Part shown: piece after piece, positions 46,271-63,849 of the stretch
How positions within the stretch are numbered: the stretch's first letter is position 1
Layout of the letters: the number at the start of each line of letters is the position of its first letter
Source: the human T2T-CHM13v2.0 reference genome, Homo sapiens
Length of the DNA: 64,000 nt
Direction: 5' to 3' (one strand)
Assembly (NCBI RefSeq): GCF_009914755.1
Contig: NC_060941.1
Notes under the pieces: generated by a model
Databases searched by the model: none
What the model saw: only the letters and a program-made list of their open reading frames with translations
What the model was told of the DNA's origin: nothing
Program-made: the position numbers and the translations under genes

Positions 46271-47949
46271 CAGCGCTGGGCTGCTCTGCCTGGGTTCTTT
46301 CATCTGCCAGCTGCTGAGGCTGGGGAGGGGCCAGCAGGGGCCTCCCAGCCCCATCCCCCCATCAGGGCCATTCCCTTACCTCTGAGCCTGGCTGCCCGCC
46401 CTGCAGGAGCCCCCCAGCAGGCCTCCCTGCTCCTAAGTTGAAGGGTTGAACACTGTCAGGCCAACAGTTTCCCTGAGCTCGGAAAAGAAATTCCCCGGGG
46501 TCCAGGTTGAGGTCAAGGCCAGGGCTGAGGCCTGTTCCTCTTTAGACAGGGCTGAAAGACTTGGGGACCCTCCTCCCCAGCTTTCCCGGCAGTGTTGAAG
46601 GTGGGATCTGGTGCTTGCAACTCTTTTGGAGACTGGTGTGTTCCTTGGTTGCTGGATGTGTGTTCAGTTCTCCCTCAATCTGCATCTCTCCCCGACTCCC
46701 TTCAGCCAAAGTGTGTTTCCTAATTATGAACTTGAAATTCAGGATGGACGGGGGGTGGGGGTGGAGGTCATGAATCCAAGCATGAGTCCCTTGGATTCAA
46801 TCCCCCACCAGCAACACATACTTCATCTCTATCCCCTGCACCCCTCTCTGTCTCCACCCCAACCCTGCGGCCTAGCTGGGGGTGAGTGGCTTTTGATCCC
46901 ATGTGGTTCTCCCCTCTGCCAGGGCAACAGACCCCATTCCCCAAAGTGACAGCTCTCACTGCCATGTGCTCCTTGGCATGCGATTTGAATCTCGATTATA
47001 TAACCAGTCATTTCGCCTCCAAAGGCAGCCCAAAGGCCCCCGGCCCCAGCGGCTTCTTCCACTTGCCCACAGTGTGGTTGGGTCCACCCCAAGGTGGCTG
47101 GGAATTCCAAGATCCTGCATCTGAGGACCTGACCTCTTCTTGGGAACCATGGGAGCAGTAAATCCTCTACATTCAGTGCTGGATTCAAAGGCCTCAATAA
47201 TAATAAACAGGAAGAATGGGAGTGGGCAGGGTAGGTGTTGGTGTCCCATTTCACAGAGAGGGTCTGAGCCTATGTAGTGACAGTGCCCAGGCAAGAACCC
47301 AGGACACTTGAGGGTAGTCAGGGCACAAGATGAAGCTTGGGGAGGAAAGCTGTTAGGAAGGTGTCTGACTACGGGAATAGGTCAGGCTTGTGTGGATCCC
47401 AGCCCAAGCAGAGAAGGACTGGGTGGGGGGAAGAGGCCCTGTGCTTGTGCCCCTCTCCTCGGGCTGACCCTGGCTCACGGGGAAGAAGTGCAGCATTCTT
47501 GGCATGGATGGGAGTGGGGGTGAGGGAGGGTGCTGGTTCTGAGCAGAGCAGTGCAGGAGTGGGTAGTGGATTGCTTCATCCTACATTGCAGGGATACTCA
47601 GAAGGACTTCTTGATGTGTAAGGTTAAAAGAGAGACTACAAAGCAGCAGCGTGGAAGAAGTTACAGTGTGAGGGACTGCAGTTAGATACTCAGGAGAACT
47701 TCTAGGGAGGGGCTTGTGACCCACAGCATCCCAGGCTAGCCATGCAGGGAAGTTTCCTCCAGTATAGTGGGTCAAGTGGATTCTTGTGAAGTTGGATTCC
47801 AATGTAGAAACCTGGAGATGGTCATTGGAGATATCAAATATTCCAGCAAATATATTCAAATGAGCACTGGTGCCTGGAAACAAAAAATGTGTTTTTAAGG
47901 AAGGGGAGTTGCTTTCACAGTATAGCTCATAGTTAATACACAGACAGCA

Positions 47950-48140
47950 AAAACTCCTGGCCAGTATTTATAAAAACTACCTCATTTGATCCTCACAATA
48001 CCACTAAGAGGTAGATACCATTATTATCCCCATTTTACAGTTGAGGACACTGAGGCATAGCCAATATTGCAGCCCAAATCACACCCCCAGTGCACTGTGG
48101 AGCCAGGGTAGGAATGTGGCAGTCTGGCTCTAGAGTCTGG
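47950..48140. mobile_element. MIR
   Basis: ctcatttgatcctcacaa...attattatccccattttacagttgaggacactgaggc. Confidence 0.85.
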
Positions 48141-49295
48141 CTCTCACCCTCACTATCTGGCTTCTCAGGACCTGCTATGTCCCGCTGTCACTCCCACCCC
48201 AAATCCGTGTCCATTTTCTACACAGCCCAAGATCAAGGTCAGCTTCTGGCTGGATTGCAGCTTAGTTGCTTGTCTTTTGTTCTATTTCTTTACTCCTCCA
48301 ATCTTTCCCACCCTGCCCCATGCTAGCCCATAGCACTGGGCCAGGGCTCGGTTCACTGGTGTTTTCCTTCCAAAGGGGCATGAAGCCCTGCTCTGTTGGC
48401 TGCAGGGGTTCAAAGGTAAGATATTGGCTTGGTCAGGGATTTGGACAAAGCCTGGTTTTAATGATCCTGCTCTCACCATCTCGGGAGAGAGACATGAATA
48501 GGGCCTGTGGGAGCTGGTGCTGCCTTTCCCCTAGCACCCTCCACCCGCTTCAAACAACCCGCCTTCAGATCCAGGCCCCCCTGTTTCTTGTGAAATTGTG
48601 CCAGTTTGTCAGCAGGGCAGTACCAATCTGTGCCAGGTGGGTGTCTCCTCCCCCATTGCCTCAGTGGGACATCAGGCTGAGATGGCCTTGGGGCTGGACT
48701 TTGGGGAGATTTTAAAGCCCTTTTGGGTTGGGGTGTATTTACCACCTGTCAGAGTGGGTGAGGACCAAAGGGGTGATCGTGTCCAACTCTGTTACGCTAC
48801 AGTGGGGAAACAGACTGGGGAGTGCCCAAGGTCCCTCAGCCTCGGCAGACAAGGACCCATCTTCTGACTCCCAGCTCCCAGGCCATGCCTTTCCCTCTGT
48901 GGTTGGTTCTGTCCTTCGTGGCCCCCCTCAGTGCAGGGTTCATGGACTGGGCTCCAAGAGGGAGAGGGGAGGGCAGGGAGCTGCAGGGATGAGTGGACAA
49001 TGTATCCTGTTCATCTCTGTGTCCCCAGTGGCCAGCACAGAGCCTGGCACAGAGCAGTTCTCCATAAATGTTTGTGAAGTACAAACCAGGGAACAGCCCC
49101 GCCTGTGGCCCCCCAGGGCGCCCCATGCCCAGCTCTACCCCTGACACTGTGATGTTCCATCTCATATCCGTCTACCCTACCAGGTAGGAGTTATTTGAGG
49201 CCGAGAAAAATGATAATAGCAACTTCTTCCATAGTGCTTACCACTATGTTGGTATATTACCATCACCCCACTTGACAGATTAAGAAACTGACACA

Positions 49296-49910
<615 letters not shown>

Positions 49911-49996
49911 TCAGCCTGCTGAGGTCCAAATTTTAGATGTACTCCTTGTTCACTGTGTGCCCTTGGACAAGTTACTTCATTGTTTTAGCCTCGGCT

Positions 49997-50300
49997 TTCT
50001 TTTATTCTTTTGAGGCAGGGTCTTGTTCTGTTGCTCAGGCTGAAGTGCAGTGGTGTGAGCTTGGTACACTGCAGCCTTGAACTCCTGGGATCAAGTGAGC
50101 CTCCCTCCTCAGCCTCCTGAGTAGTTGAGACTACAGGTGCATGCCACCATGCCCAGCTAATTTTTCCATTTTGTATTTTTTATAGAGACAGGGTTTTGCC
50201 ATGTTGCCCAGGCTGGTCTCAAAATTCCTGGACTCAAGTGATCCTCCCACTTTGGCCTCCCAAAGTGCGGGGATTACAGGTGTGAGCCACCACACCTGGC
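49997..50300 (-). mobile_element. Alu (J-like) inside a MIR
   Basis: Antisense Alu; MIR ccttggacaagttactt upstream. Confidence 0.88.
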
Positions 50301-50964
50301 TGGTTTTCTTATCCCTGAAATAATCCCTCAAAATTACAGAGAGGGCTAAATGAGGTAGTATTGGTAAAGTGGCTGAGATTTAGTAATCTCAATTATTGGT
50401 AGCAACTATTATTAAAAAAAATCAATGGATAGAAATGAGAACAATGCACTTTTGCCTCAGTAAAAAGTACTGACCTTTATGGTCAGAGCAATCTAAAGAG
50501 AAAGTGACCTGCCTCTGGAGGTAATGAGGCCCCCATCACTGGAGGTGCAGTGAGGTCTGGGCAAGCACAGGCTGGAGAATGATGTGCACTAGAGAGAATT
50601 CAGCAAAGGCTTGGCACAGGAAACTTTAAGGGCCCTGCCTTGGGATCAGCACTATATGATAGGAAATTAGAGGAGCAGGTGAATCCTACTTCCTACTGTG
50701 GGGCATTGAGGAGAGCAGGCAGAGATGTCCCCAGCCTCTGGGAACATCAGGGGTTGGCTGCTATGGTTTGGACTGTGAGGCTCCCCAGAGGATAGGTAGT
50801 CCTGAGAGGCTGCCTGGAGGAGGCCTGCAAGGGTGGGTATGGTTCTGATAGGTGGGAAAATGTGGGATTGTATTCTAGGCCCAGGAAGGGCTTGGTGGCC
50901 GAGGGACAGAGAGGAGCCTGGGCCACTGGTCCTGAGGTTGGCCCCGGGGTTGCGTCATCATCCT

Positions 50965-51164
50965 CGTGCCTCAGTCTCCTGGGCTGCTGGGATTACAGGT
51001 GTGCCACTACACCTGGCTAATTTTTTTTATTTTTTTAGAGACAAGGTTTCGGCATGTTGGCTGGCATGTTGGCCAGGCTGGTCTCGAACTCCTGACCTCA
51101 GGTGATCCACTTGCCTTGGCCTCCCGAAGTGCTGGGATTACAAGCGTGAGCCACCGCGCCTGGC
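50965..51164 (-). mobile_element. Partial Alu
   Basis: Antisense Alu with internal ggcatgttgg duplication. Confidence 0.85.
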
Positions 51165-52640
51165 TGGATTTTGTCATCATCCTGGGTGCCCAAGGGGTTT
51201 GGGTGTATGGTGGTGGCAGTGGGGAAACTAGTAATTCCCTGTCCCGCCAACCCCCCAGCTTCTCCTGGAGGAGGAGCCAGGGCTACTCCCGGTGGCAAGG
51301 AGCCCGGGCCCGTAAGGAGCGGAACTGGGGAAAGAAAGACTTCTTATGCCCAGTGCATTTGGGGGCGTCCGGGGGTCGGGGAACAGTGGGGCCTTTGTCC
51401 CCAACCGCTGGGAATCTGGCCGAGGAGCTGGCCCTGGGTCTGGCTAGGCCCTCGGAAGGCAGGTCCTCTTTGAAGTGACCCTTTCAAAGCTCGGCCTGAA
51501 TCCCTGGGAGGAGAGACAGCATGGGGCGGGGCGTGGGGATGACTGAGACCCAAGGGCCGAGGCCTGAGGGATAGAAACAGACCCGGCCTTGGCCTCTTGG
51601 GGTGTGGAGGTTGGTCGGAGGTGTGTGGGCCAGAGGAATGTGGTGGGCTGGGAGACCGCGTGGGAGCCATGTGGGAGGACAACCACGCAAGGGGCCTTAG
51701 CCCCAAGTGGGGGTGCACCTAGGCAGGGGCCGAGTTCATTCTGGCCCGAGAGTGTTTCTGTCTCCTATCTGACTTCTGTCTGGCTCTGTGCTCCTGTATC
51801 AACAGCTGCTTCTTCCTTTTTAATTTCCCCAAAAGTGTGAGAGCTTGGAAAGAATCGGGTGTGGACGCCAGACTCAGAGCTCTTGGGAGGAGGGAGAGGT
51901 GGGGACCTGGGCAATCCAGAGCTTTTCCTGCTTCTGAGAGCCCCCGAAGGCTGGAAGGAGAGGCTGGAGGGGACACCCCCACCTCCCGCATAGAGTCTCC
52001 CTTATGCTCAAGGTGGAGGAACTCTGTATTGTTCCTGAAAAGGGACAGAAGGAGGAGGAAAGCTACCCAGAGAGGGGACATCTTCCTTTGCTTCAGCTGG
52101 AGGAATATCAGAGGCCACCCTCCTTCCCTGTCTCTCCATTTGCCTCATGGGGAAACTGAGGCCTAGAGAAGGGACAGGCCAAGGGGATAGAGCAGAGAGG
52201 AAGGGACCAGCAAGAGTGGAAGGAAGCCAGCCCTGTGTGGTTGGAACTGTAGGGACTATGGTGGCTCACACCTGTAGTCTCAGCTACTCGGGAGGCTGAG
52301 ACAGGAGGATTGCTTGAGAGGATGGATGCCAAGTGGGAGGAGGAAGGGGCCTCAGGTTGTTGAGTTGTCATAAGAGGGTTGTAGAGAAGTGCCCAGAGTC
52401 CCTTCAGCTCTGACCTGCGGTGATTCCATGAAAAGAGGGAGAGGAAGGAGTGGTTCCTGCTGGTGAGTTCCCAAGGTCCAAGTAGAAAGGGGCACCCCAG
52501 GCTTTTGGACTGAGCAATGCACAGGGGAGCCTTTGGCAGCCCAAGGGAGAACCTTGCCCCCGAATCTGATGCTGTTTGTACTTCTTGCCCTGGAACCCGA
52601 TCTCTCCTTGGCCTCACGGCAGTCTCTGTACTGGGGAAAA

Positions 52641-52941
52641 TTTTTTGTTGTTGTTGTTTTCGAGACAGAGTCTCGCTTTGTCACCCAGGCTGGGGTGCAA
52701 TGGCGCGATCTCGGCTCACTGCAACCTCTCCCGGGTTCAAGAGATTCTCCTGCCTCTGCCTCCCGAGTAGTTGGGATTACAGGCGCCCTCTACCATGCCC
52801 GGCTAATTTTTTTGTATTTTTAGTAGAGATGGGCGTTCACCATGTTGGTCAGGCTGGTCTCAAACTCCTGACCTCAGGTGATCCGCCCGCCTCAGCCTTC
52901 CAAAGTGTTGGGATTACAGGCGTGAGCCACCGTGCCTGGCC
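52641..52941 (-). mobile_element. Alu (AluS-like)
   Basis: Antisense Alu with (TTG)n tail. Confidence 0.92.
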
Positions 52942-54173
52942 TGGGAAGATTCTTATAAATCTCCCTTTCCTCTTCTGGAGGTGTGGCCCTGGGCTCCTCC
53001 CCAAGAGAGGTGGAGGAGGGGGCGGAGGCCCCAGGCTGCAATGGAGGCTGTCTGCGCACTGTTATCTTGCACTGGCATCACAGAGCTGAGCTTCATTAGC
53101 TCTAATGAAGCCTTGGCACTGTGCCCCTCCCACACAGCACCTAGACGTTTCAAGGAAGGCGAGGGGGACAGCTGAGGTTGGGTCCAGAGCCCAGGAGATG
53201 GTCGGGGGGATGTTTGCAAGAGGAGAGGGTAGGAGGCAGAAAATGGGGACCACACAACCAGGCTGGGGTTGCCAACATGAGGGAGAAACAGCCCCTCTTC
53301 CTTCCCCACTGGGAGCTTTTTCTTCTCCAGTGGCCCAGAGGCCTAGGTACCCCCAGTGCTAGGGAAAGCCTTATCTGAGAGACGGGATGTGGTCTGGGGA
53401 TGCTGAGGATATTCCCCTCAGCTACCCCTACCCCCCCAAAAAAAACGCTGAGGAGAGTGCCCCTCCTGCCCTCTCCGTAATTTCAGCCGGGGGCAGGAGA
53501 AGGCCCTGATCCCAGCATGGGAGGCCCAGGGCTTGGGAAAGTCCGCCAGTGGGCTGGAGCCGAATCGAACCCACTGTCAGTGGTGATCACTGGTTGCTCA
53601 TGCTCTGCGTTCCAGGCTCTCTCTTGGGACCTGGATGAATGAGAAACAACCCTGCTCTCAAGGGCCTCCTTGTCTGCTTTTCCTACCGCCCAAAAGCCAG
53701 ACAAAAAGTCTCCACAAAGACTGTAGAACCATGAGTTCTAAGATTTGCATCCAGCCCATCGATCAGTCCAGAACACCCCTCAGGGGCCCCCTGCCAAAAA
53801 TATTAATGTAAAAACGGCCCAGTCTGACTGGGGTGATGGACCTGCAGCCTACACAAGCCAATGTCTTCACCATGGTAATCGTTGGAAAGTGAGTGTGGTC
53901 ACAAAGGCGATAACGGGAGTTTAAAACTGGAAGCCGGAAGCTGGGTAGAATTGCCACAGGGATTGGTTAAAAACCAGTTGGTGATATGATTAATCTCCTT
54001 TCTCTCATCTGTTTCCAAATCTATCATTAACCTGAGGATTCTATAGTGAAATCCTTTTTGATCGATTTTCAAGTGCCGTCATAAAGGGGGTGTATAATTA
54101 CAGATGCAACGACTGAGACCTGGAGTGGGCAAATAACTTCACTCAAGGTCACCAAGCATCAAATTTCAAGCTG

Positions 54174-54652
54174 GGCCAGGCATGGTGGCTCACATCTGTA
54201 ATCCCAGAGACTTGGGAAGCTTCGACAGGAGGATTGCTTGACGCCAGGATTTTTTTTTTTTTTTTGAGAGAGGGTTTTGCTCTGTCACCCAGGCTGGAGT
54301 GCAGTGGCACAATCAGGCACACACCACCATGCTTGGCTAATTTTTTTGTAGCGATGGGGGTCTCCCTATATTGCCTAGGCTGGTCTTGAACTCCTGAGCT
54401 CAAGTGATCCTCCTGCCTTGGTCTCCCAAAGTATTGGGATTACAGGCATGAACCAAAGATCAATTTGAGACCAACATGGGCAACATAGCAAGACCCTGTC
54501 TCTAAAAAATTAGCCAGGTGTGGTGGTGCACACCTGTAGTCCCAGCTACTCGGGAGGCTGAGCTGGGAATATTGCTTGGACTCAGGAGTTTGAGGCTACA
54601 GTGAGCTATGATTGCACTGCTGCACTCCAGCCTGGACAACAGAGCAAGACCC
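54174..54652. mobile_element. Sense Alu interrupted by an internally deleted antisense Alu (~54250-54455)
   Basis: Host breaks at ...gccagga and resumes tttgagacc... Confidence 0.87.
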
Positions 54653-55082
54653 TACCCACCCCTACCCCCCCCAAAAAATATTAAAGCTGGGTCTTTCAGA
54701 ATCCTAGGTCTGTCATTGTGGTGACTGCTGTATTCTCTGACAACAAGGAGCCTGGGAGGACACCCCTCACCCAGGGAAGTTAGACCCTCTTTTCCACAGC
54801 TGAGCCCTGAAATCCAAGCAAAGGTTGGCATAACGAAGGGGGGGGAGGGCAGATGTAATGGGTGGTGGGTGCAGAGAGATGTAGATTAAGTTCTGCTTCT
54901 CTGTGTCTTCTGTGATTCAGTGTGGAGTCTGGATTTGCTCGTGAGTGGCGTGGGGGACCCCAGGGTTCTGTCAATAAACATGGCTGAGCCCCTGCCTCCT
55001 CCAAAGATGGTCCAGCTCTCAGGGGAAGAAGGCTTCACTGTGGGGAGATGAGGCTTGCCAAAGCTTGAAAGATGTTTGCTAG

Positions 55083-55384
<302 letters not shown>

Positions 55385-55743
55385 GATGTTTGTTGGGGCA
55401 AGAAAGGGATGGAGGAGAAGGGAGAGAAGGGTGTGCCAGGCAGAGGGACCAAGCATTAGCACAGGCAAGGAGGCATGAACCAGCTTGGCCTCTTAAGGGA
55501 TTGATGAATACAAGGCCCAGAATAGAGGGAGGAGGTCAGGTTGGCAAGGCCAATGAGACCAGATCCCGCCCCTTCCCTCCCCCATCAGGTCGTATCCCTC
55601 ATGCCATACTGAGGAACTTGCTCCCATAGCTACTTTGGAGCCACACAAGGGTCTCGGGCAGTGGAGGCAGCAGACCAGGTGAAAGGAGATGGGAGCTGAA
55701 ACTGGAGGTACAGTTGGAAGGGTAGGATAAGAGTGGAGTATGT

Positions 55744-56525
<782 letters not shown>

Positions 56526-56559
56526 TGAGTGTTCCCATAGCACTTGACACTGCATTGCC

Positions 56560-56815
56560 CACCAATAATAATAACAATGGGAGTATTGGTTATAGCAAAC
56601 TTGTATTGCGGGCCTCAGGGCCAGACACTGCTGTGCTGAGCACTTTACACACACCGTCTCTTTAATCTGCACAACAATCCCATGGGCGATGGATTATCTC
56701 TATTTAATAACTGTGGAAACAGAAGCTTAGGGAGGTTAGTAATTTGTCCAGTGACATACAGCTAGGAAGTGGGCCTGAGTCAGGATTCAATCCAGCTTCC
56801 TCTGAATCCTGCTTA
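56560..56815. mobile_element. MIR
   Basis: tttaatctgcacaacaatccc...gaaacagaagcttagggaggttagtaatttgtcc. Confidence 0.82.
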
Positions 56816-56819
56816 GGAA

Positions 56820-57360
<541 letters not shown>

Positions 57361-59008
57361 CTCTGCTTAGGAACTTTTAAACACTATGCCCTACAGCACC
57401 TTTATTTGTTGCATGTCTATGTCTTTGGTTTTATAAAACCAGGGACTGCTTTTGTTAGTTTTTGAAAATCCTCAGACTACGGGACTGATTTGTTGAGCAA
57501 CTTCTACATGCCAGGCACTCAATGCTGAGTCCTCTCCAGGACCCAGTTTACAGCTGAGGAGACTGAGGCTTGGAGAGGGAAAGGACTTGACCAAGGTCAT
57601 GCAGTTGGGACCTGAAACCTGGCCTCTGACTCGTCTTCCCTTGTGTCACTGGCCCCCCTAGCCCGGTGCCAGGCCCTTGGTGGCACCCAGTGAACAGTCC
57701 TAGAATGAAAGAAAGAGGAACCGGCTCTGAAGGTGACTGCTTTCTTTGGGGGCACACAAGTGGCCGGACAGGGGCCGTGGACTGGGCCTCCAGCCTCTAA
57801 GCCCAGTGTGTGTCCCACCGGGATCACTGATGAGGAGAGGGATCTAGAGGCCGGGACTGGGGATGTCGTAATTTCCAGGTGCCCAGCTGTCTGTCAGACC
57901 TGTGAGCTCCAAGGAGAGGCTGACCTGGTGCTGGGGTGGTCAGAGATGGTGTCCAGGGCAGGCAGAGCCTTACCACGACCTTTAGAGGCCTCCAGAGGCT
58001 GCACAGCGTCAGTGGGATTTTGGCCACGGGTGACCAGAAGGAACCTCCAAGCCTGGGAAATGCAGCTGCAGTGGCCACAGCGCAGGTGGGCAGAGGCCCT
58101 GGGTTGTGCTGCAGGTTGGGCACTGCCTTTTGCTGAGTGACCATTCGGCCTATGCTCCCAGCCCCACAGGGATCCACCAATCAGACCTGCCTGCTGCTGT
58201 GTATTTGCATCTCACTTGCATGACAACACCCCTTGCTCTGTCCCCAAGTGTGCTTCCCCAGCCCATGCCCCATTCCCCATTTCAGGCCCCCTGTGCAGAG
58301 CTCCCGTGGGAGGGGCAGAAAGGCCCACCTGGGCTGCCAGCCTGGCGCACTATTCATAGCTCAGGGCTGGCGTACTTCACATACTTGGCGTTTCTCATGT
58401 CTGGCTGGCCCAAGGCAGCCACCCCTCTGTTGTCCTCCCCTCCCTCCTCTCTTCTCTCTTTCCCCCTTCCCCTCCTCCCTTAACCTCTTCCCCCACCTTC
58501 TTCCTCTCAACCAATCTTCCTGAAATCTACAGATGTCCAAGTCCCTCATCATGGAAGAGCCCACATAAGGAAACTGAGGCCCCAGAGAGGGCGGGGCCTG
58601 GAGGGAGAAACCAGTAGTGATGAGGCGTATAATGAGGTGGCCGAGAGTCTGGGCTCTGCCCACAGCTTCAATCCTGAGCTGACATTAGCTGTGGCACCAT
58701 GGCAGATTCCTTAGCTTGCTAAGTTAAACAAGCGTTTCAGAAAGTCAAGCTGAGACCTGGAGGGTAAGGGTTGAGTCAAGGGAAGAAGGGGACGGGGAGG
58801 GGGCAGGCAGGCACTGTATTATAGTCCAGGGAGAGGGGAACTTGGATGTGGGGAGCAGGCTCTGAGTCTCAGGACAAGGGCTTGGCACGTTGCAGAACCC
58901 ACGAGGAGGGCTCGTGGCTGGAGTGTGGCCAGCTGGGGTGAGGGCACAGAGATGCAAAGAGGATTGAAGCAGCTCCCCCCTTTTTCCCCACCCCTTTCTC
59001 CCCCACTC

Positions 59009-59301
59009 CTTTTTTTTGAGCCTGGATCTGGCTCTGTCGCCCAGGCTGGAGTACAGTGGCACAACCATGGCTCACTGCAGCCTTGAACTCTTGGCTCAAG
59101 CAATCCTCCCACCTCAGCCTCCCAAGTAGCTGGGACTACAGGCGTGCCCCACGGCACCTGGCTAATTTTTACTATTATTTTTGTGGAGATGGGGTCTTAC
59201 TATGTTGACCAGGCTGGTCTCAAACTCCTGGGCTCAAGGGATCCTCCTGCCTCTGTCTCCCCAAGTTCTGTGATTACAGGCATGAGCCACCACGCCCGGC
59301 C
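59009..59301 (-). mobile_element. Alu (J-like)
   Basis: Antisense Alu consensus. Confidence 0.9.
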
Positions 59302-59444
59302 CCCCTTTCTTCCTTATTCCAGCACCCCCGACTTCTGGATCTGGTTCCCTCTGAGGAAGGGGTGGGGATATAAAAAGCCCCTGCCTCTGCCAGACCCCTC
59401 CTGGGGACAGGGTTCTGGTTACCCCTAACTCTCTGAGGAAAGGC

Positions 59445-59960
59445 TCATTCATTCTCCAACATTTAGAAACAGTGTGCAGAGCACCCACCCTGGGCCAGGA
59501 ACCAGGGATTTGACCACCAGCAAAGCAGACATGGTCCTTGCCTTCCAGGACCTACAGCCCTGTGGGGAGATGTTGGTCAAAATAAGCTCATAAATAAGTA
59601 GACACTGACAAGAGGGTGCACAGGTAACTGACCTGGTCTGGGGCCAGAGGAGGTGTGCCTGGGGAAGTGACATTTTTGTTAAGAGCAACAGGGTGGGTAG
59701 GAGTGAATCAGGGCATGGGTTGCATTCCAGAAACAGCATGTGCAAAGGACCCGAGGCTGGAAGGGTGCCTGGTCCTCACAGGAGGTGGAAGGAGGCCAGG
59801 GTGGCCAGAGCACAGAGGAAGAGGGTGTGGTGAGTGTGGGGGCCAAGGCGCGTCCCACAGGGCCTGGTGGTCATAATATTAAAATAATCAATCTGGACTG
59901 TCAGATGCCAGAGAGGTGACTGCCGCTTGGAGCAGGGCAATGGTGTAATGAAGTGAGCAG
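59445..59960 (-). mobile_element. L2 remnant
   Basis: cattcattc...gcagacatggtccttgccttc...gcattccagaaacagcatgtgcaaaggacccgagg. Confidence 0.75.
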
Positions 59961-61728
59961 ACTCCAGAGACATCTAGGAAGCAGAGTCTACTCCGATGGG
60001 GGGATGGAGCGCTGGGGCCATAATACCTGATTCTTGGTTCTCAGCAACTTTTTCAGGCTGCTATCTCTGTCTTTATTTTATAGCTGAAGAAATAAGGAAA
60101 CTTGAGTGACCTTGAGTGATGATCTTGAGGTCACACAGCCAGAAAAGGGCCAGGGCCAGTACCAATGGCAAGTGTGGCCTTTTCTCTGTGTTAGCCTTCT
60201 TGATGCCAGGACAGTGGTCACTTTCTCACCATCCTCCCTGTCCCCAAGCCTCGGTGCCCCTGCAGGTCACCCAGCATTCCCTGCCTAGCACCCAACCCGG
60301 TGGAGAGCCAGGAGTTGCAGGTGGTGGGTGCTGGGTGCTACCTTCATTTCCAGAGGTTGGTTAAATGAGTTAGCGCATCTAACAGCAGCTGCCTGGGGCA
60401 TAGTAAGCACTCAGCAAGTATTCTTGACTGTGTGGCTGTTATCCTGTCCCCAAATGTGGGGCCAGGCAAACTGGCAGGGGGAGGCGGGAGGAGGATCTGG
60501 AGTGAGGATGATGCCATCTGTCTTCTTCTGACCAGAGAGCCCAGCCCAGGGGGCTCCCTCATGGTAGTGACCCAGGGGAGGCTGTTTGTCCCTGCAGAGC
60601 CACTGTCCCTGCCACCTGTCCAGCTGCCTCTGGGCATCACAGACTGGATTAGGGAGTGGTTCAGTTCATAGGCAGGGCCACATGTGTGAAGGGGAAGGCA
60701 GGGGTAACCGGGAGGGATGGGCAGGGCTGGGGTGAGGGGGTGGGTGGTTTCAGGGGTGGGGCTGACAGCCTCTCCCTGAAGGGAGCCCCATGTGCCCCCG
60801 GGAGACTTTCGGAATCTGCTGAGACCTGCCCTGGGAGGGGACATGGTCTTAGCTTGACTGGGACCCAGCTCTTGCCTGAAGGAAACCAGTGTGTGCACCT
60901 GTTACCTCTGCCCAGGCTGTCAGACAACAGGAAGCACTCCTGGGGGGCGGGGGGCAGGCGGAGTCACACCTAGAGCTTTCCCCTAGTCTCCTCTGAAATG
61001 CACTGTCCAGCGTGAGACCAGGGGATGGATCTGCTGACCTTAGAGAAGAGTCATTGCAGGCATTCCCCTGCCTCTAGGAATGACTGCTCCAGTCTAGTCT
61101 GAAAAGGGGCTCTGGCCTCTCTCCTTGACCAAAGGGAGACCCCGAGATTCCACAGTTGCTCTGTCCTTCTGCAGGAGATTCTTCTCCTTTGTAGGAGATG
61201 GGGAGGGGAAGATCCCAGGGCAGGTTGGAGCTGAGGGGCCTGGGGAGCGAGGTTGAGGGAATGAGGACCCTTCTGCTCGCTCTGGGTTGTCAAGGAGACG
61301 AGGCATGCCAGCGCTGGGCCAGCAGGGGGCTCTGCTGGCCACGGGACCTGCCTGCCAGGCAGCCGAGATGTGCACCCTTCATTGTGCGGGCTCATTTCCA
61401 GGAGTGCCTGAGAGGACGCGGCGGTGTCTCTGTGGGCACACCCTTGTGTGTATGTTACAGGTGGGTGTGAGCGTGTGGCGCGTTGGAATGGGCATGTGTG
61501 TGCTTGGTGGGTTTGAGGGCCCCCACACCGAGCCAGGTTTCTGCCAAGAAAACTCTTCCAAGTTCCTGCCGGCAGCCTTGGAAGAGTTTGTGCATGACTG
61601 GGGATGGCAGCCTCTGTGGATGGCAGGCCCCCATCAACGCCAAGGACCTGATGCGTGCCAGGTTCAGGCTGGGCGATCCCCCTGTGCGGGGACCTCTAGG
61701 GCTCCAAAGATGACAGTAGAGACTCTGA

Positions 61729-63830
<2,102 letters not shown>

Positions 63831-63849
63831 TTATTTATTTATTTTTTAT

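Noticed and set aside
45197-46441. Long ORFs (143-328 aa) on both strands, including an in-frame 110-aa extension from 45197
   Set aside because: GC-rich low-complexity translations; only 45527-45589 matches the known protein and has a donor
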